A stretch of DNA of 64,000 nt from Vicugna vicugna. Taxonomy: Eukaryota. The stretch spans positions 620,001-684,000 of the forward strand of contig MU057865.1 of the NCBI GenBank assembly GCA_013265495.1. The letters are read 5' to 3'. The translations under genes were made by a program, and so were the position numbers. This document shows, piece by piece, positions 24,599 to 38,519 of the stretch (position 1 is its first letter; each line of letters begins with the position of its first letter). The notes under the pieces are model-generated. The model had not been told where the DNA came from, made no database searches, and saw nothing but the letters and a program-made list of their open reading frames with translations.

Positions 24599-25774
24599 TT
24601 AGGTCCTGGAGAACCACAGTCATTGCCTCTATAAGAAGCTCCCCCTGTTTGGAGGGAAAGATACTGAATACTGTTATTGACATAAAAATACAGATAAACA
24701 CTTTATTTCACTGAAGGAGAAAGTGCCAACGCTGTGAACGTGAGTTGACACAGCACTCTTTCAAATTTAGTGCTTGGATCAGGGAATCAAGAATATTGGA
24801 TAAAATTAATCAATAAATTTTGGGTCTCCTTTCTTCACTCTGGTGCTCTGAAGGTGAATTTCATATTCTGGAGCAATCTCAGCCACTTTATAGGGGCTCT
24901 ATACAATAGTATTTACCTTCTGTGGTTGGCTTCCTTGTTCAGAGTCTTTGCTGTGCCCGGCAGGGGTAATGTCAGCTTCACTGTTCACATCAGAGCACAG
25001 GACAGGCTGAAATGCTGCTTACCTGGGAGAGGCTCCTGATCAGAGCCTAAACCTTCTCCTTTGACCCACCCTTCAGAGTAGGACACAGACTGAGGCCAAC
25101 ACCTCACCTGGCAACCTAGTTAAATTTGTTGACTTGAAAAGTGTATTGGATGATACAAGCCAACCCTACGAATAAAAATTGATCATCATTATTAAAAAAA
25201 TGACGTCTTAATTTTGTTGGCATTGCTTTGTCAAAATAATCACTTTGGAGTGGAAATGTAAAAGCTGAGTGTGTTGGGGTCCAATTCCTTCATTGTCACA
25301 TTAAGAGAAGTTACCAGAAGAAAGTCTCCTCTGTAGCTCTTGGTTCAAGCAATTCACTCTGCTAATAACATAGGAGGATTGAATTGCAGCCTTCGATTGG
25401 AATTTACCCTGTGCTCACACTGTATGTTCTATTGCCAGAAGTTGGAAAGGCTAAAATTACCATAAACTTAATGGGGCCCATTTAATCCATTTCATTCCTT
25501 GCAGATAGAATGTCTTGAAATCATCTCCGAGATCTACAGGAGATTCCACTGCAAAGCAGAGTCTTCCAGGTGAGGAACCAGCAGTTTAAGTCCCGGTACA
25601 GGACTCATCATAGCATATCATTCTGTCCCTTTGCCAAATTGCCTGCACTTCAGTAAACATCAGGGTAGTATTGAAAGTACATTTGATGAGAATTAGATCC
25701 AGAAGTAGTCCACTCTTTGCCATTTAGGAATTATAACTTTGAGAAAAAGACTTCCACACTTTAATGCTTATTTA

Positions 25775-26035
25775 GAGTAGCAATATTTAAAAGCATTAGC
25801 TTTGATTCCGTAGAACCAGATTCAAGCCACTTAATTTCTCCCACTTAACTGCCTGTGTGATCTTGAGAAAATAGCTCAGATTCTTAAAGCCACAGTTTCT
25901 TCATCCATAAAATGGGGAGAATAATGGTAGCTACCTCGTAGTACTGTAAAAATGATTAGCTTAGCTAACATGTATCGTGCTCAGAAGAATTCCTGACATA
26001 AAGTAACTTCCAGCAAAAGTTAGTGAGTAGTGGCT
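25775..26035 (+). mobile_element. MIR SINE
   Basis: CTGTGTGATCTTGAGAAA...CAGTTTCTTCATCCATAAAATGGGGAGAATAATGGTAGCTACCTC. Confidence 0.85.
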
Positions 26036-27875
26036 ATTTCAGAGATTTTACCTTCCTCTGTAGACCTGGAATAATAAAACTCCCTTGCTTAATATCCTTT
26101 TATGGCTCCTATAAGTAAGCAATTATATAAGTAAACGGGTTTTGGAAACTGTACAGAGCTGTATCATTGCAACGTATTTATTTATTTTTTTAAGGATGAG
26201 TATGAGGCTGCTTGGCAGAAGGGGCTTTGTTGCAGATGCTGCGAGCGTCCCAAAGAGAGAGCATGATGTATTAACTTTTCAGTTACACCAGGGCCCAAGA
26301 CAGGAATATGAAACCCAGAAAACAATGGGCAAGAAAACGTCTGACATGAGAAAGGTATATAGGTTAATGCCTACACGCCACTACTGCTGAAGGAATTCAC
26401 AGTGGTCCAAGGCGTGATCAGAACGATGCTCCTGGGGTGGAGAAGAGGAATGAGGGGAGGGCTCAAGATAAGCAGGGGCCGCGGTAAATGACGTATGTTT
26501 TCTATGGAGATCGCTGCTATGGATCTTATTGGCTTATCCTGAAGTCCCACTAGCAAAATTGTGGCATCATTATAGTCTGGTTTCCCTTCTTCCTAATTTT
26601 CAGTTATCATGCTTAATCCCCTCCTTTCAAAATCTTTCTCTTTTTGCTTGTCTGACCTCCCTGAATCCTCTTAATTTGAGGTTTAGGAGAAGTTAATGCC
26701 TTAGCAGGGGAATTAGTTCGGTGTTTCTAGGAGTGTTTGCAATTTAAAAGCTTCTCTCAGGGTAAAAAAAAAAAAAATCCAAGGACTGAATTGATTACGG
26801 TAACATTTTCGAGACAATGACAACCAGCCCTGAGAGCTTTCCTGATGCTCTTCAAATCATAAGTACCCAGTGAAGTATGTGTTGTTTGTGCCAAGGCCCA
26901 GCTTGCCTTAGAGGGGGTGGAAAGTAAGAATAGGAAGCTTTAACACCAAGTAGGACTTTGTTTGGAAGCCTTTTGTTATTACTGAACAATAAATAAGGTC
27001 AAAGCTACTTAGTTTAAAAAAAAACCTATGTAAATTCTGGTAAGCCTTTGACCATGTGACTCGTGGCATTCTCCCTCATTCAGAATTAATTTTCTCCCAT
27101 ACCTATATTTGATTTCAATTAAAATAAAAAAGACAGCTTGCTTAATCTTTCCCATGAACGGATACAGTGTATACCTGAGTGAACGGGACAATTTTCCTTA
27201 TAAATTATGTATAAAAATCCTCAACTGCCACCTCTCTCTTAGAGATGTGAAGAAAATTCAATTTCTCTTAGCTTATTTTTTTTTATGGTTCTTGGGATAT
27301 TCATTTCAGATTTTCCACTCATTTGTATAAATGTCTTATTTACTCAAGCTCTCCATAGAAGAAGGTAATACTGTGCACTGCTGATTTTATTTCTCTGGAC
27401 AGGTTACAATAACTCCTCTGGAGCCAACACACTAATTGATTTTAAAGTTTCTGTGAGTGTTAGGAAGTCTTCTTCCCATACACTTAGGAGGGGAGGTGCA
27501 GCATCGCAGGAAAACTCTGGTCCTAACTGAGCAATGAGAGATTCTACTCTGTCCTCCTCCAACCCTTCCTTACCTGGGATGTCTGTGGACCTTAGCTATC
27601 TTCATCTACAACACGATGACACCTTAACTGTCCTAAAGCAGCATGAGGAGGGCACTGGAGCTAAAGATCTCAATGTCTCTTTTAGTCTTGTAGTATAGGA
27701 TTTGTTCTAGAAAATTCCTCATATGCTCCAGCCCTCCTCTGGATGTTTGCCATGATTCTGCCCATAGATTCCCTCGACAGACATTGCTTTAGTCAGAACC
27801 CTCAGCTGCAAAACTCAGAGATGAGAAGGGTAGCAAACTGATATCCTCTGCCTTGGTAGCTAAATGTCCTTCAAC

Positions 27876-27978
27876 CATGGTGCAAGGTCATGGTGCAATG
27901 GAAAATTTGTTGCATGTTCTCTGTGTAGTCTTAGGTCTGTATTACGGTCATAGTGCATGGTTCAAGGTCATGGTGCAA
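27876..27978. repeat. direct repeats flanking a 48-bp copy of 29554-29601
   Basis: 27897-27944 matches 29554-29601 at 42/48 nt; flanked by CATGGTGCAAGGTCATGGTGC (27876-27896) and CATGGTTCAAGGTCATGGTGC (27956-27976). Confidence 0.9.
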
Positions 27979-30212
27979 GGTGCATGGGTGACTCTGGAGG
28001 AGGGAATCCAAGATGGTACGAATGACTCTGTGATGACTATGAGGAGCCATAAGTCAGTATTTACTGAGCTATCTTCATCTTAGTTTGTGGCCATAGTTGA
28101 CTTTGCTTTCATTGTCTTCATTGAAATATCTTGTTATTTTACATTTTCTTCCATTACCAAGCTCCTTTAAAAAACAAAAATAAAAACCTAGTTTTTAGAA
28201 TTAGAGCCTCTTCCTGACTTTCTTTGCAATTTCTTATCATTTTTTTTTTAAATTCATGAAGTGGATTTCTGTACGCTGATGAGTACGAATCATCAGGAGC
28301 AAAAGAAATTAATTTAGAGTCTGCGGGGCTCACCTTTCTCCACAGCCAGCACGCTGCAAGGGAGAGAGCTGGCCACTGTGCAGACGCCCCAAATCCTCTG
28401 GGGCACGGTCCCCACGTGGGGACATGAGGGAGTGAAACAGGGAGGGAGCCATTCTCTCTAGGTCTCTGAGCTCTGATGTTCCCTCATTCTTTTTCCTTCA
28501 TATGCTCACAGTGTGGGAAAATAGATGCCATCCAGGTGAAGAACTAAACATTCACAAGCTTGAGAAAAAGGAAGGTCAAAAACAAAAAAGCCAGCTTCTG
28601 AAATAATAGCATGATTTGAAAATGGGAGCCCAGCCTTCCTGTGTTGGAAGTTCTGCAGCTTCTGTCTCAGGAGCTGACTTACACATAGTATTTTTCAATG
28701 ATTTGTCCATTTTAAGTTTATTGCTGGAAAACGTCAATGAGAAATGACATCACATATGACAAAAAATGAATCCAGGAGACACATCATGGGTATTTGAGGC
28801 TTTTGGCAAGACACCCCTCCCCCTTGCATTAGGGCTGCTGGGAGAAGGCTCCAGCTTTAATGTCCTCAGGCCATTTCCTCAAGTTTCAGCTTCTGTAGCA
28901 TCTCTGACGAATGCGTCTTGACTGGGGCAGGAGGCTCAGAAGCGTAAGGGCGCTAACATTTCTTTGCTGCCTTTTCAGTCATAGCTCGGTGGTCTCGCCC
29001 TTTCCTATTTCATGGATTCGCCTTCTCCATTTGTTCTTAGTTGATTAGGAAATTGCTGAACACAGAACTTTTCCCTGTCCATAAATATCATCCAAGTTAC
29101 GCAGCATGGGGAAAGAGCTGCTATTTGTTTGGTTCACAGACTTTGGGACTTTTTGCAAATTAAAGGATTTGAAAGGATCTAATACGGCCATATCACCAAA
29201 TAAATCTTTAGGGTCACGTTCTCCCCTTGGGGTTTGCATTTAAGTTAGTGTAATAGGAGGTGTACTCGGGCATCCAAGGACAGAAATCAGTCCTCCGTGG
29301 GTAACCAGATGCCGCTGCGTGGGGGCGGGGGTGAGACTCATTTCTGAGTGTGCAGCCTTGCTTTGTATTTCAGGATTTCAAATTGTCATGCTCTGTGGTG
29401 CAACATGGTTCCACTTCCTAGAGGACTTTACAAAAAGGAATTGCAGTTTTTATTGGCACCCTGTCACGTGTCTCCTTACTGAAAGATAGCAGGCTTTTGA
29501 GATGTATCTGGATTTCGAGGTGAGATTTGGAATGGATGAAATTGAGTAAGCCTAATGAAAAATTTGTTGCATGCCCTCTGTGTAGATTCAGGTCTGTATT
29601 AGGTTTTTTGAAGATGGGAAAAGTCTCGGTCTGAAAGAAAGTTAAAAATTTAGTTAGAAACAAAATCATATGTGTGGGAAACCACAAAGGAGGCAGAAAT
29701 ATTCACAGAAGTGCTTATCTCTGTGGTCACAGATGGGAGGGATCACAGAAACCAAGAAGCACCGCAATGAGGCTAGGAAAGTGACCCCTAAGGAATTACT
29801 CATATTTTACACATTTCCAGCTGATTGATAGCACATATATTATAGGAAAATAACATTATCTAAAACTCTGCAAGCTGTTTCTAATTGCAGCCTTGCAACT
29901 AGAACCATTTGAAGTTCTTCAGAAGTTTTATCTCCTCTACAAAGCCTTTGTCTTGAAATATTCAAATAACTCTGCTTTGTCCCCTTCCTAAGAGTATCTT
30001 ATTATTTGTGTTTATACATTTAGGCTTTTGTTTCAAGAAGATAATCTGTACAAAGCATCTCAGAAGAGTGTTTGACTCATATCAAATTTTTGTAGTCTCT
30101 GCTGTCATAATTTACTAATTTCTTCTTGGTAAATTACAGATCGTGGTATTATTTTTGTCTATGTTAATCAATATCGATTTATTTTGTTTCTACTAAAGGA
30201 TCAGTACTTTTA

Positions 30213-30860
30213 AAAAATTTTTATTTTATTGGGTTATAGTCGGTTTACAATGTTGTGCAGAGCACAAATTCCAGTGCAGAGCACAATTTTTCAGTTACAC
30301 ATGAACATCCATATATTCATTATCACAGTTTTTTCTTTGTGAGCTACCACAAGATCTTATATATATTTCCCTATGCTATACAGTATAATCTTGTTTATCT
30401 ACTCTATGCATACCTGTCAGTATCTACAAATTTTGAACTCCCAGTCTGTCCCTTCCCACCCCACTCCCTCCTGGCAACCACAAGTTTGTATTCTATGTCT
30501 ATGAGTCTGTTTCTGTTTTGTATTTATGGGTTTTTTTGTTTGTTTTTTTAGATTTCACATATGAGTGATCTCATATGGTATTTTTCTTTCTCTTTCTGGC
30601 TTACTTCACTCAGAATGACATTCTCCAGGAGCACCCATGTTGCTGCAAAAATGGCATCATGTTGTCATTTTTATGGCTGAATAGTATTCCATTGTATAAA
30701 TATACCACATCTTCTTTATCCAGTCACTGTTGATGGACATTTAGGCTGTTTCCTTGTCTTGGCTATCGTAAATAGTGCTGCTATGAATATTGGGGTGCAA
30801 GTGTCTCTTTGAAGTAGGGTTCCTTCTGGATCTATGCCCAGGAGTGGTATTGCTGGATCA
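30213..30860 (-). mobile_element. young camelid-type L1, 5'-truncated (ORF2 end plus 3' UTR), perfect 15-bp TSD
   Basis: GGATCAGTACTTTTA at 30198-30212 and 30855-30869; L1 motifs ATGGCTGAATAGTATTCCATTGT and GTTGATGGACATTTAGGCTGTTTCC. Confidence 0.95.
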
Positions 30861-32573
30861 GTACTTTTATAGTCATAAGGAAGTACACAGAAAGGGCAAA
30901 AAGTGTACCCCCTGCCATCAGGGAGTAAAAAAATGTAAGATTAAATACTTAGCTATATGAGTAAATAGAGTGCAAAGAGTTCTTGGAGGCAGAAGACAGT
31001 AAAAACCATGATTGGAGAATTAAAGAATGAAGATTTTGCTGATCTTTTCAGTGTTGGTAGAATTCAGAGAGGTGGAAAGGATATGGCATGTGACTCTAGG
31101 TTTTAGAAGAGCAGCTGGTCTGTTCAACAGTATTCATTAAACATCCAGAAGGCACATCGATGGGCATCATGAAAAGAAAGAAAGAAACAAACAAACAAAA
31201 ACCCAGGGAGAGCATAAAGGAGCAAACATTTACTATTTCATTTTAATTCTTACAATTAGGAAGTTGGGAGGAATTATTCCTATTTTGCAGAAAAAAAAGC
31301 AACTGTGGCTCAGAAAGAATAATGGCTGGTTGGTTTCAAGAGTGAATCCTTACATCTATGAAACTCTGCTGATTTTGTCCCTGCCCTGTGCTATCTCCCA
31401 AGACATTTTGCCACACCCTGTGGACAAGAAAAATAAAACATGGGCTTGGACTCAGACAACCCTGCATTTATTCAACTTCGGGATAGAAGATAAAGATGTG
31501 GAAAATTACCCGGCACCAGGCAACCCATTGTGGTTGGACTAGAAGGTTGGATAGATTCAAGGGCTCAGGGTCATGAGAAGGGGTAGGAACTGGGTTGGGC
31601 AGAGGGGAGATGGAGCTTTAAGGATGACCTAGGACCAGACTAGAGGTTGACAGTCTGGAATGGTGGCCAACGCAGGCATGTATGAACTTTAGCAACCCAA
31701 GGGGCCTGTACAAGATAACCAGTCTTGTCTGCTACTCCTGGTCTTCCAGTTACAGGTCTCAAAACCCAAACAAATAAGCTTATGTAATGCAGGAGAAGGC
31801 AGTGCCCTTAGGGAAAAATCCATGTGGCCAGAAAACAGATTCTTGAGAGCCTGTTTATCTGCCCTAATCAGGTCTGGGAGAGGGAGGGGATTGCTGTAAT
31901 GGAAGTAAGTAGAAAAGGCAGGTTTATGCCCTAAGTATTTATATCATCTATTAAAGATATTGCAATAGTCCCTTTTCAGTGATTTGCTGGGCAGTTAAAT
32001 TCAGACTTCAGCTCAGTTTAACACACTGAAGTGGTGGTTTTACATAATTTATGTCATCAGGATTCTTTTAGAACTGCAGTCTGACCTTCACAGGGTGAGG
32101 GAGAGGCTGCCGTCTGAGACCCACCCTGGCTTAGCCAGACCCTTACAGGAAGACCGCCAGTCCTGGTTTCTTCATGTTGAAGTGTCAGCCCCAAGCCTGG
32201 AACTGTGTTGAAAAGGCAGACTTGTCTTGGAGCGTTGACCTCGGGTATGTGTGAATCTGTTAGCAACCATCACTAGGCAGCCTTCTACGTGTATATGTGT
32301 TGTCTCTACAGCTAGGCAACAGACTTCCCGCAGGTGGCCAGCACATTGATGTCAGACCCACTGGGTTCATTTTTGTGCTCATTGGACCTTTAGCAAAGGT
32401 TTTCTTGGTTCTTCTTGTAAGGAGATGAGGTGTGGGAGGCAGTGGGAAGAGAAAATGTTACACTGTGTATACTCAGATCTTCCTTTATAATTAATCTATT
32501 TTCTACTCACTATACCACATCTTCCTTCCTTCCCCAAATGCGCATACCATTCTCATCTACCTGCATATAATTT

Positions 32574-32692
32574 CCTTAGTCCATTTGAGGTGCTATAAAA
32601 GAATGCCATAAACTGAGAAGCTTATGAACAATAAATTTATTTCTCACAATTCTGGAGGCTGAGGAATCTAATCAGGGTCCCAGTAGATTGGA
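32574..32692 (-). mobile_element. MLT1 (MaLR) LTR fragment
   Basis: AAATTTATTTCTCACAATTCTGGAGGCTG. Confidence 0.75.
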
Positions 32693-34578
32693 GAACAAAG
32701 GGACATGGGTATGCCTCTCTCCTGATGGTAAGTTATTTTTCTCGACCTACTTTTGAAGGTTTGAAAACCGTGCCTTCCAATCTAGGGGTGGCGTGCTTTG
32801 GGACTCTCCATGAATCTATTCAATCCATATTCATTGCACACCTGTTAACTGAAGACTGTATTAGTGACATTTTACACACCTGGCACATATGAAAACAGAT
32901 AGACTATTAGTTTGTTAGTTTTGCTTGGCTTCTCTTACTCATTGGTATCTTTTCCGGATTGACTTTCTTCAGGTTTCAATAAAATGCTTAGATTGTGCTT
33001 TGTTTTGTTATGGAGAATTTACATAGGATGAGTGATTTGTGGTTTTCTGCTAGAACATGATTCTCAATCAAACTTTAGGAATTCCTTTCTGATTCGTGAT
33101 CAGCAGTTGAGTTCTTACGTCTCCCAGACCCCACTTCTGCCCTGAAGAAGTGCTGTGGGGATTAACAGAAATGTCTGAAATGTAAAAAGCCTTCAGGCAG
33201 CCTATTTCAGTGTATATTCACCAACTCCTGTCCCTGGTACCCAGGGTTGCACAATTCTCACTCTCTTTTTTTCCAGAGCACATGACATTGTGGTCCCTTC
33301 TACTGAGGCGCTAGGCTCTCCTTGCCCCACAAAAACCACTTGAATCCAACATAGAGGCTGCGTTTTATTTCTCCCCATTTTCATATGTCTTTCCCACAAG
33401 CGTCCTGCAAAAATCTGCCCTTTCTTCCTACCTTCCTTTTCACCGCCTCTTTTTGTTCCAAAGTCACTGTTATTTCCTTTCTGAAATTATTCTCCAGACA
33501 ATTCTCACACCCTAGAAGCACATTTTTTGACGTTCCGAACATGCTTATGACTTGACTACATGTCCCCTAAGATTTAGAAGGAACTTCCATCTGATACTTT
33601 AAACTACTTTATGTTACTCTATATCCATTTCAGTTTTCTGTTCTGTTTTCATTCATTAGTAAATATTAACTGAGCATCTCGTGCTTTGCTAGACATTTAT
33701 AGAGAAAGTAAAGGTACATAAAACACTGTTCCAATTTTAAGTAGCTTACAATATAGTAAAGAAAATAAGAGAAATGTATAGATGATATATAAGGCTGATG
33801 CAAGAGGTACCATAAATGAGACAGATTCACAGTTCTTTGGAGCAAAAGAGAAAACCCTACCTTGCACACAAGAATAAGAGCTTGTTAAGAACTGATCCAT
33901 CCAACTGCACTCCCCTAAAAATCACGCCTACATCTCCCCTCATTTCCTATTATCTGGAACCTCATCATGGAAGTAATAGGGATGTTAAGCCAAACTGTAG
34001 GTCTAATGAGACTAGAGACGAAATTATTCTTTGGAGGGAAATAAATAAACTAAAATAGACCCGTCTCCTATAAGAGAGAGCCCCAGCAGGTAGCGTACTA
34101 ATGAAAACAATGATTTCCAAGGGGTTGCGTGTTTCAAAACTGGTGGCCGAGCGCTAGTTTCTCAGGAAAACAATACGGTTAGATGATGTCAGCCTTGCCT
34201 TCACCCCCTAAAACGGAGGGAAATGGTGAGGACAATTACCCCCTTCCCCGCGCCCCTCCCCCAAAGGGAGAACTTGGTCAGTAGGTGTGTGGCGCAAGAT
34301 TGATCAGCACAAGGCGTGGGGAATGAACCACCAACGTCTCATTAGCATCTATGGGAACTGCACAGCTAATTCCCTCCCCATTGTGTGCAGTATTTCCTTC
34401 ATAATGTTTCTCCTGGCACTCTCCAACTTCTAGCAGAAGGCAATGATTTAGGGGCACGGGGATGAAAACTCTGTCGGGGGGTCCCTTTCCAGATCCTTCT
34501 CGCCCTTGTCCGTGGACTGGGAGGATGACCTCTGGATGGATGCCCTCCTGGGCTTGGCGGTAGCCACGTCTACCTCTT

Positions 34579-34609
34579 CCCATCCCACCCCACCCCACCC
34601 CACCCCACC
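34579..34609 (-). repeat. (GGGGT)n tract, G-quadruplex-forming motif
   Basis: Plus strand CCCATCCCACCCCACCCCACCCCACCCCACC gives six G-runs on the minus strand. Confidence 0.8.
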
Positions 34610-37600
34610 GCATCTCAACACACAGACAGACATGGCAGGAATGTATGGAGAGGGTGCCCTGCTGCTTCCTCCAGAAATCAAAGAATTACAGACTCAAGAT
34701 ACGAGCAGTCTGGACGGACTGGCTTGGCTGGAGTATATGAAAAGGCATTTGATAATAAATCATTGATAATTGATGAACTTATGTACTTATTTGTATGTTT
34801 ATTTCACAATAAAAGTTAAAATGCATACAGTGAAGCAGACAGACCTTTTCCCTTTTTAGCTATTTTCTGAGAACAATTTTATGAAATGCTTATTATCGCC
34901 AGGTTAATTTTTCAAATCAGGTTCAAACCATCTTTCTCCACATTTCTGTGTTAGTCTTACATGGGATGATGGTGGTAGAGATAACGTAACATGTTAAAAA
35001 GGATAATAAAAATAAGATTTTATAAGTTATAAACAACTTTGATTCGCTTTTGGAAAAGTGGTAACGTATTAAGTTTTGAGTCTTGCCTGGCAGGGTATGG
35101 GCTGGGAATATTCGATACCCACCCCGCCTTGACTGAAGGCATCCTGCCTCTGTGATGATATGCGACTTACTCTGATCTCTCTTGAAAGATTAGTACAGGG
35201 AAATTGGCTGGTGAGAACTCCACCAGCAGCATTTATTCTGAAATTGCAATATGAGTGACTGTGTCAACACACTGAAAACTTGGACCAGAAAAGACTCTTA
35301 TTAAAAACTCAGGCTTCCAAACCTTACTTGAGGGATCCTTAATGAAAAGTGTGGCTTTTCACCTGCCGGACCCTTGCTGGACCCTCCAGGGGTTGGGAGG
35401 GGGTGGGGTTCCCTGAGAGAACAAGCCATTGGCAATGCTGCCTTATTCAGTAGGCAACAGAATTATAACAATCATGTTTATACCCTGGCCTCATGAACTG
35501 TCTTTGCTGGGAACCATCACAGAAGAGATCCACCCTCTCATTGCTCCTCCTCTGGGCCCTCTGAGCAAAGTGGCTGGCTCACCTCGTATTTACATATAGG
35601 CATCAGAAAGTCGCCCAGTAGCCTGTGTAGGTTTTGACCTTCATTTACTGGCTGTGTCTCACAATCTCTTCAGATAACTAGTAGGTCATCTCTGAACCAT
35701 CCTTGAATACAAAAGTGCTGTTAAAGCCCTTAAAAAAAATAAAAGGTTAAAATACAGCCACCTGAGGTTTTGAGAATAAAGGTATCGAACAAATTAGTTA
35801 CTTACAGATGAATGAGAAACCCATTTTTTTTTTTTTTGGCTAAACCACTTCCCAAGTAGCCTAGGGCCATCGCTCCCCCTATCAGACCCTTGTGGTGACA
35901 ATAATCAGGTTTCTGGCTTCAAGCTGAAGGTCTTTCAGGGGTAGAGGCACTTAAGTTCATTCAACCCAATTTGATTTCATCAGGACACCACTGAAGGTGA
36001 GGTTTTATGCCCACAACCTGTAGGTAGCAATAGACAAGGATCAGAAAATGAGTTCAATTGATACAAATTCCACTTTTCATTGTCTTTCTCTTCCGAACGG
36101 AGCTTAGAAAAACCTAGTGGCAGTCCCTGAGGTGATCTAAGACTCAAATGCATCCTTGCTCTCTGTTCAAAGACCCTTCTGCCGCTCCCAGCTCAGATGT
36201 GGCGTCCACCTCCTTTGCCAGCATGGGGACATGTGCTGCTTCACAAGCCACTGAAAGGATCAAAGTGACCCTGGGCTCACAGATTTCTATCATTCATGCA
36301 CACATTTAATAAAGGCTGGGATTGGATAGTTCTTGACTATTCTAGGTTAACTACGGCATTCAGGTACATTTAGATTGGAAGGAATCAAATGTTGGTGTTA
36401 ACCCTTACATAGACCAATTTCTACTACTCTAAACTCAGACAGTGTGTGTTTTTCTGTGACGTAGATTAAGGATTATTGTTCATTCCTCACCATCTCATGC
36501 TTTTGCACCTATATTTTGCGCACTGATTTCTTTACTGAAAGTGTGTGTAGGTGTGTGTAGATGTTTAACATTTAAAAACTGGGCATCGTGTCCATGGCAT
36601 ACTAGAATCAAAGATTTAGAGCAAAATATCTTGAATCTCGAAGAGGAAACTTGAATTTTAAATAAATGCTTATCTTGGGATTATTATAGTGAAGACCACT
36701 TTAGCAATATTAGCTTCTATCTTACTACAAAATGAACACATACTCATAGAGTTACGTTTCGTTATCTGGTGGAGAGGCTGGCCTCCCACTGAGCCTCCTC
36801 GTATCTTTGTAAGAACTTATGGACAAAAAGCATCTCTTCGGGTGACACAGAGCATCCCAGAGCCAAAGCGTGGTTTCAGAAAGGGGAGAACTAGTCGTTT
36901 CTCGGCCAGCTTGTTAAAACCAAGAAAGCGGCCCGCTTACTAATTTCTAATCCTTCCTGCACCCAGAAGCTACGTCTATATGCAACCCTTAGGTGCCAAA
37001 CTCTTTGGGCAGAATTTCTTCTCCAAATGTCTATTTTGCAACTTCCTGTCTCTTCTGAGTGAGCAAACCTGGGGCAGGATGCGGCCGCCTTCAGCAGCTC
37101 TTGTAGAGGGATCAGAGCAGCCTGTCTGGGAGGCTCTGTAATTGGAGGGTTATGGTAATGCAATTGTTACCCACCTGCAAGGCAGCTCTCAGCACTCCAA
37201 GCGTGCAAGAGGAGAGAAAGCCAGACTGATGGACAGGCAGTCCCCGCCCAACCTTGCCTGTGTTGGGATGGCCCAAGGTCGGCCCATCGGGTGACCCTAC
37301 AGCTCCAAACTGGTGTCGATTGCCATCCATGCTACTGCAAGGGGCTGCCAGCCCGGGGGCTTTGTTGTGGTCCTGGAAAGTCAGGCTCAAGTTCTTTCCC
37401 CAAATAACAGCGCTAAAAATGGTCCACTCAGGACCTGCTGAGGAGGTAGCACATCTGTGAGATGACATGGGGTGTGACTCCGCGGGGAGCTACTCAGGCC
37501 TAAGGAGAGAGTGAAAAACGGAACCTCCCACGCACTGAGAGGCCTCCTGTCCGGGTCTTCATCTGGGGTTTCACACGTGATCGAGTCCTTGTTTTCCTAA

Positions 37601-38519
37601 ATGCGTTTCTGTCTCAGCTCTCTTTTACTTAGCTGGCTGATCCCAAACCTTCATTGTCACCTTATGTTATGACAATGAACCCAGTTTAAAACCCCACTTT
37701 GTCTCCTCGCTCCCCCCTTCGCACGGCACGGACTTGAACTGCGACTCTGAGGGACTTCCCGTGGGGTGGAGAACATGACCTCCACTCCCAGTCCCAGCCC
37801 AGCTCCGAGCCTGTCTCCCTCCGGGTGGGGAGCCAGGCACACAGACTGGGGAGGCTGATACATCCCCCTTAAGGGGGTCCCACAGTCAGAGGCGTGGAGG
37901 CAGCAGACTCCATTACCCTCTTCAGGAACAAGACTTATGCCCACGTGGTGTCTCTGGTTTCCAGTGAGAAGGGTCCAGTTTCATGCAGATCCTTCTTATC
38001 ACTAATAATCCTATCAAAGAACACTGGCTTGTTCTCCCTTCAGTCTGATGGTGGTCTGTGCCCCCAGCATGACCCCTGCTGGACTGTCGCTTTCCCTGAC
38101 TCACCCGTGTCTTTTATTAAGGTCTGTCCTGGTTTAGCATTGGTCACAGACACCACTGGAGAATACTTCTGAATGCTCCACAGGCAAATGGAAATTGGAA
38201 CAGTGCCCTCCACCTCCATTTCTTTCTGCTCATCTTCCAAGTTCTCCAGAACAAAAGAAGGCACAGGTCTCAATGTTCACATCCTCCCTCAAGCACCAGG
38301 GCCAACATACGAAGCTCTCTCAGGAACTTATTCCCCAAGCTCCCCCTTCAGCAATGCCAGAGTGGGCCCAAAGATGCAGGCCTCCCTTCTTGAAGGCACC
38401 CCATTCACTATGGGTGGTTCTCTCTAGACTCCCCTTACTTGACTTTTTTTTTTGAGAGAAATCACCCCTCCGGGGTTTACATATATCACATCAGAATAAA
38501 CGTGCCCAGTAGCTTCAGA

